A stretch of DNA of 64,000 nt from an uncultured virus (IMG/VR IMGVR_UViG_3300022822_000010) (taxonomy: Duplodnaviria; Heunggongvirae; Uroviricota; Caudoviricetes): IMG/VR virus record IMGVR_UViG_3300022822_000010. One strand, 5' to 3'. Below are positions 59,015 through 64,000 of this stretch, one piece after another. The notes under the pieces were generated by a model that had not been told where the DNA came from, searched no databases, and saw only the letters and a list, made by a program, of their open reading frames with translations. The number at the start of each line of letters is the position of its first letter. Position 1 is the first letter of the stretch. The position numbers were made by a program, and so were the translations under genes.

Positions 59015-60838
59015 TTAGAATATATTGCCTCCAAATTTTAGGTCGCGGTCAGCTTTTTCTTCTTTGCTCAAACTATCATAATAGTCACTATACGATTTAT
59101 CATCTTTTAATCTTTTACCCTTAGACCTAGATGACTCACTAAGGAAATCACTCAGAAACTTCGCTCTTTCTAGTTCATTATTTTCTTCTTTGATATTCAG
59201 TTCTCCGCTTCCATCAATCACAACATACTCAATCCCGATATCCCATCCGTCTTTATCACTTTTCTGATAAGCATGAAAGTTTATAGGAGTCATGAGGGTC
59301 CCGCGTGACACTATAATCTCTTGCTCAGTTCTGTGAGATGAGAGATTGCCGGGCATCACGACTTTTATTTTTTTAAAATCTTGTCTGGTATATATAAACA
59401 AACTAGCTTGTTCTATCCAAAATGGCGCGTTTGGGTTGTTATACTCGTCCCAAGGGTTTTCAGGTATAAATTTGCTCTTACTAGTTTTCACCATGTGTTC
59501 CATCATCTCAGACCCGCTAGTTGTCTGAAAAACTTTATTACCATCTATCTCTGTTGCTCCATTCATTACAACATTATCCATATCTCTCTGATCAAATTTC
59601 CCGAATTGAGCAGCAACTCTCAACTCTGTAGAGAACGAAGTGTAACTGGGTAGAGCGGTAATCGAGTCTGAAAATATACGTTTCAATGTAACTCCATGCT
59701 CATTCCCATATCTCGCATCAAGCCCCATCCCTCGATAGATAAATCCACGATACCCATCAAGATTATGGCCGTGCTTTTTAAAAGTCATATCAAGACCTTC
59801 TAGTACTTTAACACCTTCTTCCGCAGCAGCTCCAGTTTCTTGTCCTTTCATAACTCTTCTAGCGGCATTATAGCCGTTACCCGTAAAGAACTTTAATGCT
59901 TGAACACTATCTCTTTCGCCAAAATCGATAGGAGTATGAAGCTCTTCCGTCTCGACGAACATTCTACTAACTTCGTGCGAGAAGTTTGCAGCGAGTTCGT
60001 TCTTGCTTCCAAAACCGCTAGCATTTGAGTCATATTTCAGCCATTTACGTCGCATCTCAAGAGGAGCCGTTCTGGTGACAATAGGCTGTAATCTTCTGAG
60101 TTCTCTATTCTCTTCGGTCTCAACCCCGGGAAAAAATAAAGTCGAAAGATCGAGCGTCAACTTTTTACTTAATTGCTTTTCTTTCTTCTTGTGGTCAACA
60201 ACAGATGTGACAAAGTCTGCATTGGTTGATAAACCTTGGAAAGTCATCGATACATCAAGCTTTGAGAATTTTGAGAAGACGTTTTTGAATACCACACTTT
60301 GAGGTTTAGTTTTTACGTGAGCAAACACTATAGCGCCACCGTTAGAGTTATCTGCTGATAAGTCAGCAGAGTCTACGCTCATTACGCTTTTCAAAGAAGA
60401 CCTTTTGAATGCTCGTAGTATAAGTCTACTGTACTTAGCAAATTTTGGCTCAAGGAATATCATTAACCCCTCGGGCTTATTGTCGCCGTAATGACGATCG
60501 ACTGCTTTGATAACCATACTGATAAAGGATGTAGGTTTTTTTATAGTTTTCAGCGTTGTATGTATTCTCCCTCTCAAACCATTATCTGGATCGACGGGGT
60601 GGATCGTAACAGATTGAGCATTTCTACCTATTCGAACATCGTGAGCGTGCCAGCGATTCTCAAATCTTATTAGAAAGTATTCAGTAGTGGAACTCGATGA
60701 TGGGTAATATCCAACATAATATTGCCGAGAAGCTGTCCACTTTTTTTCGAGTACGGGACCCGAGCCGATCAAAACGTCGCCGACGCTATCGAGTACTTCG
60801 AGTAATAATTGGTTTTCATTAAGTATTTCTTGCGACAT
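59015..60838 (-). CDS. alt: Alt-like NAD:protein mono-ADP-ribosyltransferase (probably virion-packaged)
   Basis: IYRG, YTSFST and EQE (R-S-ExE) catalytic motifs; N-terminal LLLE resembling a gp21 cleavage site; late promoter at 60871-60878. Confidence 0.75.
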   Translation of the reverse strand: MSQEILNENQLLLEVLDSVGDVLIGSGPVLEKKWTASRQYYVGYYPSSSSTTEYFLIRFENRWHAHDVRIGRNAQSVTIHPVDPDNGLRGRIHTTLKTIKKPTSFISMVIKAVDRHYGDNKPEGLMIFLEPKFAKYSRLILRAFKRSSLKSVMSVDSADLSADNSNGGAIVFAHVKTKPQSVVFKNVFSKFSKLDVSMTFQGLSTNADFVTSVVDHKKKEKQLSKKLTLDLSTLFFPGVETEENRELRRLQPIVTRTAPLEMRRKWLKYDSNASGFGSKNELAANFSHEVSRMFVETEELHTPIDFGERDSVQALKFFTGNGYNAARRVMKGQETGAAAEEGVKVLEGLDMTFKKHGHNLDGYRGFIYRGMGLDARYGNEHGVTLKRIFSDSITALPSYTSFSTELRVAAQFGKFDQRDMDNVVMNGATEIDGNKVFQTTSGSEMMEHMVKTSKSKFIPENPWDEYNNPNAPFWIEQASLFIYTRQDFKKIKVVMPGNLSSHRTEQEIIVSRGTLMTPINFHAYQKSDKDGWDIGIEYVVIDGSGELNIKEENNELERAKFLSDFLSESSRSKGKRLKDDKSYSDYYDSLSKEEKADRDLKFGGNIF

Positions 60839-61664
60839 GTATAAATTCTCTTAAGGTTTGTTCAATCTTATATTTATAAGCGACTAATTTTTTAGCATAT
60901 CCATCATAACCTATTAATTGACCTAGGATACAAGCATTAGTATCTGTATCGCCTCCAAGTTGAATAATCCCTAGTATTGATTCTTCATAGTCAGAAGAGT
61001 AAAGATCTAGCGCATTGTTCCAAGACCCCTCACAAAAACCCGTAACGGTTCTGTTATTGTTGCTTGTTCTATAGTGTTCTATAGGGGTACTTTCGCCCTT
61101 GTAAATACTCTCTAACATTCTACCCATAAAATACGCGCTCTCATAAGCGATAGTACCGTGACTAACATCAACGACTCGCTTGTAATAACGCTCTTTATCT
61201 TTATTTTTAATTTGGTAAATAGACCATAGAGCGTAAGGCGCAAGCTTCATTAATATACCATTACCGCCAACATTCTCTTCAGGAAAATATAACCCGTTTT
61301 CAGACCAACCCTTGTATGCGTCAAAAGTCGCGTGACCTATATCGAAGCATACATTATTTGGGCAGAATTCACCCATATCAATGTAATCGCCCATAATATT
61401 TGCTTGAGCGTATTCATCAAACCCCTTCTCATTAATAAACGACCGCATAGCTAACGTCATCAGAATAGTATCATCGGTAACGCTACCAAACTTATGCCCA
61501 AATACATTTGTTGGGTTATCTCTTTGCACATCTTCAAAACTGGATAACAAAGGTATATTTTGTGCTGCTTTGAACTCGTAACAGGACCCGTACATGTCCC
61601 CGACAACACCACCCCAGAAGGACCGTTCAAAGTTATCATCTATTTCGTTAGTTCCAATTATCAT
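60819..61664 (-). CDS. ADP-ribosylglycohydrolase (DraG/ARH family)
   Basis: GDMYGSCYEF, TDDT, GNGILM, GGDTDTNA motifs; ATG overlaps the gp52 stop. Confidence 0.9.
   Translation of the reverse strand: MIIGTNEIDDNFERSFWGGVVGDMYGSCYEFKAAQNIPLLSSFEDVQRDNPTNVFGHKFGSVTDDTILMTLAMRSFINEKGFDEYAQANIMGDYIDMGEFCPNNVCFDIGHATFDAYKGWSENGLYFPEENVGGNGILMKLAPYALWSIYQIKNKDKERYYKRVVDVSHGTIAYESAYFMGRMLESIYKGESTPIEHYRTSNNNRTVTGFCEGSWNNALDLYSSDYEESILGIIQLGGDTDTNACILGQLIGYDGYAKKLVAYKYKIEQTLREFIHVARNT
60871..60878 (-). promoter_or_regulatory. T4-type late promoter for the Alt-like gene, inside the ARH 3' end
   Basis: Exact TATAAATA about 33 nt upstream of ATG 60838. Confidence 0.7.
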
Positions 61665-62980
61665 TTTAGTTCCCCAAGATCTGTAGAAAATTGCTCTGCT
61701 GGATCCGTGGCCTCCCAATATTTAAAGTTAGCCTCTTCTTTCTTAATCTGATCGTTCAATGAATCGACCATTTCTTTAGTTAGATTAAGAATGTTTAATT
61801 TTAATAGTCGCTCGCAGTCTTCGTCAGTGACGAGTACCAGCGCATCATGTATTTGAGATATTATATTACTCTTGGTCATACCTAGGAAAACGATCTCGTC
61901 AGTCAACACCGCATTAATAAAGTCGCGCTTCTTCTGTAACCAATCGCATGTAGCAGCGGTTTCTTTTCGACGTAGATCAATACGAGCGCCAAGGATAGTA
62001 TTACGAAAATTAACAAAGTCTTTGATTAGCTCTCGTTCATCTTTATACTCTCTCAGTTTACCATCAAACCCTATGACAGTTAGATTCTCTGAGTGACTCT
62101 TCTCAAGCTTAAACTTAGCGATAACTTTGTCGTCGGTATTTAAAGCTTTGGCCGTAGTGTTTCGAAGCTTTACCTCAAATTGAAACCCAACAGATGAGCA
62201 CTGGTCTTCGTATGATATAATGTCTCCATCATCGTCGAGCTTATCTAATACTTTAACATAAGCTTCGCGATCATAGCCGTAAGGAATCTCTGTAATGATT
62301 ACTTTAGTACTTACTGGGCGCTTATATATTCCTCGACAAACAAACCTATCTGTAGTCTCATTATATATCGTTTTGCCTTTAAAGTCAGGAAACGATACAC
62401 CAAGCCGCTTTTTAATCTTACCAGTCTTTATATACTCTTTACAAGCAGCAATTAAAGCTTTTTCGGAACGGGGTAAAATGTTCGTAGCAAAACCAGTGGC
62501 AATACCCTTGGCGCCATTAGCTAGTACTAAGGGTATGACAGGAATATAAAACTTAGGAGGACTGTGTTCAGGGTCGTCGTGAATAGGCGCAAGATCAACG
62601 TCTTTTATATGTCGCTTAAAGTTAGCGTGAAGCTTTGTGTACACGTAACGAGCAGCGCCAGCAGCTTGTATTTGACGAGTACCGAACGAACCCCGACCCT
62701 CAACTAGACAAATGTTATTATTCCAAGCTGCGGCCATTAACTGACCTGCGCCAGCAGCCGAGGTCTCGCCATGATTATATCCGTAATCAGAAACCACACC
62801 CGATACCGCAGATACTTTCTTAAAGTTAGCAGAAGTATTTATTATAGAGCTGTATAGATAAAACCGTTGTACAGGCTTTAGTCCATCTATCATACTAGGA
62901 ATAGCACGAGACTCGATGGTGTACATAGCAAACTCGCGCATTTCGTTATTAGCGATCTGGCTCAGATTATACTCATTCAT
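61661..62980 (-). CDS. gp52: DNA topoisomerase II medium subunit gp52 (GyrA/ParC-like)
   Basis: RAIPSMIDGLKPVQR, YNHGE, AARY (catalytic Tyr), NGAKGIATGF motifs. Confidence 0.95.
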   Translation of the reverse strand: MNEYNLSQIANNEMREFAMYTIESRAIPSMIDGLKPVQRFYLYSSIINTSANFKKVSAVSGVVSDYGYNHGETSAAGAGQLMAAAWNNNICLVEGRGSFGTRQIQAAGAARYVYTKLHANFKRHIKDVDLAPIHDDPEHSPPKFYIPVIPLVLANGAKGIATGFATNILPRSEKALIAACKEYIKTGKIKKRLGVSFPDFKGKTIYNETTDRFVCRGIYKRPVSTKVIITEIPYGYDREAYVKVLDKLDDDGDIISYEDQCSSVGFQFEVKLRNTTAKALNTDDKVIAKFKLEKSHSENLTVIGFDGKLREYKDERELIKDFVNFRNTILGARIDLRRKETAATCDWLQKKRDFINAVLTDEIVFLGMTKSNIISQIHDALVLVTDEDCERLLKLNILNLTKEMVDSLNDQIKKEEANFKYWEATDPAEQFSTDLGELK

Positions 62981-63011
62981 ATATTACTTCTCTTCGTCAA
63001 TTAAGTACCTA

Positions 63012-63197
63012 TTATACTATACCTATCCCTAGAAGTAAAGCTTTTTTTTCTTCTTCGGTGGTATCAGGGTCTCTAATGATTCTCATCATAGGATTAAACA
63101 AAGATTTGCCTTTGCCGGTGCCTGCGCTTATCGTATAGATTTCACCAACCTTCACACCTCCCTTGGTGGGTTCAAGATGACCAAATATGTCTTGCAT
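63012..63197 (-). CDS. Small protein carrying a gp41/DnaB-like Walker-A segment
   Basis: TKGGVKVGEIYTISAGTGKGKSLF; only about 60 aa. Confidence 0.55.
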   Translation of the reverse strand: MQDIFGHLEPTKGGVKVGEIYTISAGTGKGKSLFNPMMRIIRDPDTTEEEKKALLLGIGIV

Positions 63198-63316
63198 AAA
63201 CCACCGCCATTTCATCGTTGTGTTCGATTTCTACAATACTTATAAAGCTCACTTGCGCGAACCAAGGTAGAACTCTACCGATAGAAATGCTATAGACCCG
63301 CTTATTGAACATATAT

Positions 63317-63666
63317 TTAATTTCCACCCGATGCTCCATAGACTACAGCAAATACTGTGCCAAATATTGCGCTGAATGATCCAGCATACATAAAGAAGAA
63401 TACAGCAGCGCCGTTCCTTTCTAGATTCGAGTGACGTAGAATACGGTCAACCCACTTATCATATTTTGATTTCATATTACAACACCTCCAAAAATTACAC
63501 AATAAGCATTCTTAGTAACATCTTCGTTTTCGAATAGTTTCCAAATTACGCTACCAGTTTCTGCTTCTACAACATACATTGTTAAGTCAAGAGTCAATGG
63601 GGTGACTATATCGCCCAACATTGATATGAAATATAAAAAGTCTGCTACTAATAAACACTGAATCAT
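63317..63666 (-). CDS. Small hypothetical membrane proteins (63317-63475, 63472-63666)
   Basis: Coupled hydrophobic ORFs. Confidence 0.45.
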
Positions 63667-64000
63667 TTTTTACTCTCCTTAAACCCGTATTCATACCCCG
63701 CTTGATAAGCCAATCGCATGTCTTCGCGCGAGTATGTAATTTTAGCTGAAAGATCTTCTTTATCATTATCGCTATCAATGTAGTCGGCTAACCAGACTAA
63801 GAATAGCATCCAGTTCCTAGATAAGTTTCTCATAAGTAGAACTCCGTAAACTCACTTATTTGGATCATTTGGTTTTCGTCCCACTTTCCCATCATTGTTA
63901 TGGTTATTTCGCCACCCCATTGCGAGCATGGTTCTAGTTCTGCATCGTGCTTAGCTAGCAGACTATTTAGGTCTTTGCGGAATGCGGCTTCTCTTTCTTC

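Larger units (their letters stand above)
29845..63040 (-). repeat. Dispersed family of ~26 early promoter/leader modules
   Basis: TTTACT/TTGACT-N17-TATAAT followed by ~AGGTACTTAATTGAT...AGAGAG-N-ATG. -10 boxes at 29858, 30997, 32526, 33215, 35871, 37273, 37739, 38799, 40694, 43090, 43761, 43964, 46546, 46789, 47687, 49151, 49430, 52115, 53454, 53903, 55243, 56620, 57791, 58474, 58585, 63011. Confidence 0.9.

Noticed and set aside
61665..61718. N-terminal extension of the ARH ORF
   Set aside because: It overlaps the gp52 coding end; the ATGA-coupled start at 61664 is more plausible
28282..62980. Introns, inteins or homing endonucleases in gp32, thyX or gp52
   Set aside because: The ORFs are continuous and of normal length; no HNH, GIY-YIG or LAGLIDADG motifs were recognised
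29845..63040. Dispersed repeats as a CRISPR array or integron attC sites
   Set aside because: Spacing is irregular with whole genes in between, each copy has a -35/N17/-10 promoter, and no cas or integrase gene is in the window

Overview
A 64-kb segment of an AT-rich T4-superfamily myophage genome. A marine or aquatic proteobacterial host is likely, but that is inference from gene families. Positions 1-27.7 kb hold late virion genes: a modular small adhesin/chaperone cassette, a VrlC-like protein, baseplate gp8/7/6/25/PAAR/5/hub/53/48, then gp4, gp2, gp54, gp26, gp51 and the tape measure, with T4 late promoters (TATAAATA). Positions 27.7-64 kb are almost all on the minus strand. They hold a 2OG-Fe(II) oxygenase, gp32, thyX, a ~29-kb hyperplastic array of small early ORFs, an RNA-repair cluster beside nine tRNAs, gp59, gp33, an Alt-like ADP-ribosyltransferase overlapping an ADP-ribosylglycohydrolase, and topoisomerase gp52. 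About 26 copies of one sigma70-type early promoter/leader module punctuate this region. The most striking unexplained signal is a set of tiny early ORFs that each carry one short motif from a large essential protein: a portal-clip motif with a membrane anchor, a helicase Walker-A segment, the exact Alt C-terminal octapeptide LKFGGNIF, and an SSB-tail-like EDIPF micropeptide. These could form a decoy or mimic repertoire. Also notable are an ArfA-like ORF missed by the ORF track, a probable -1 frameshift fusing gp26 to gp51, structured intergenic RNAs, atypical tRNA anticodon loops, and an antisense promoter inside the late region. All assignments come from motif recognition by eye; no searches were run.
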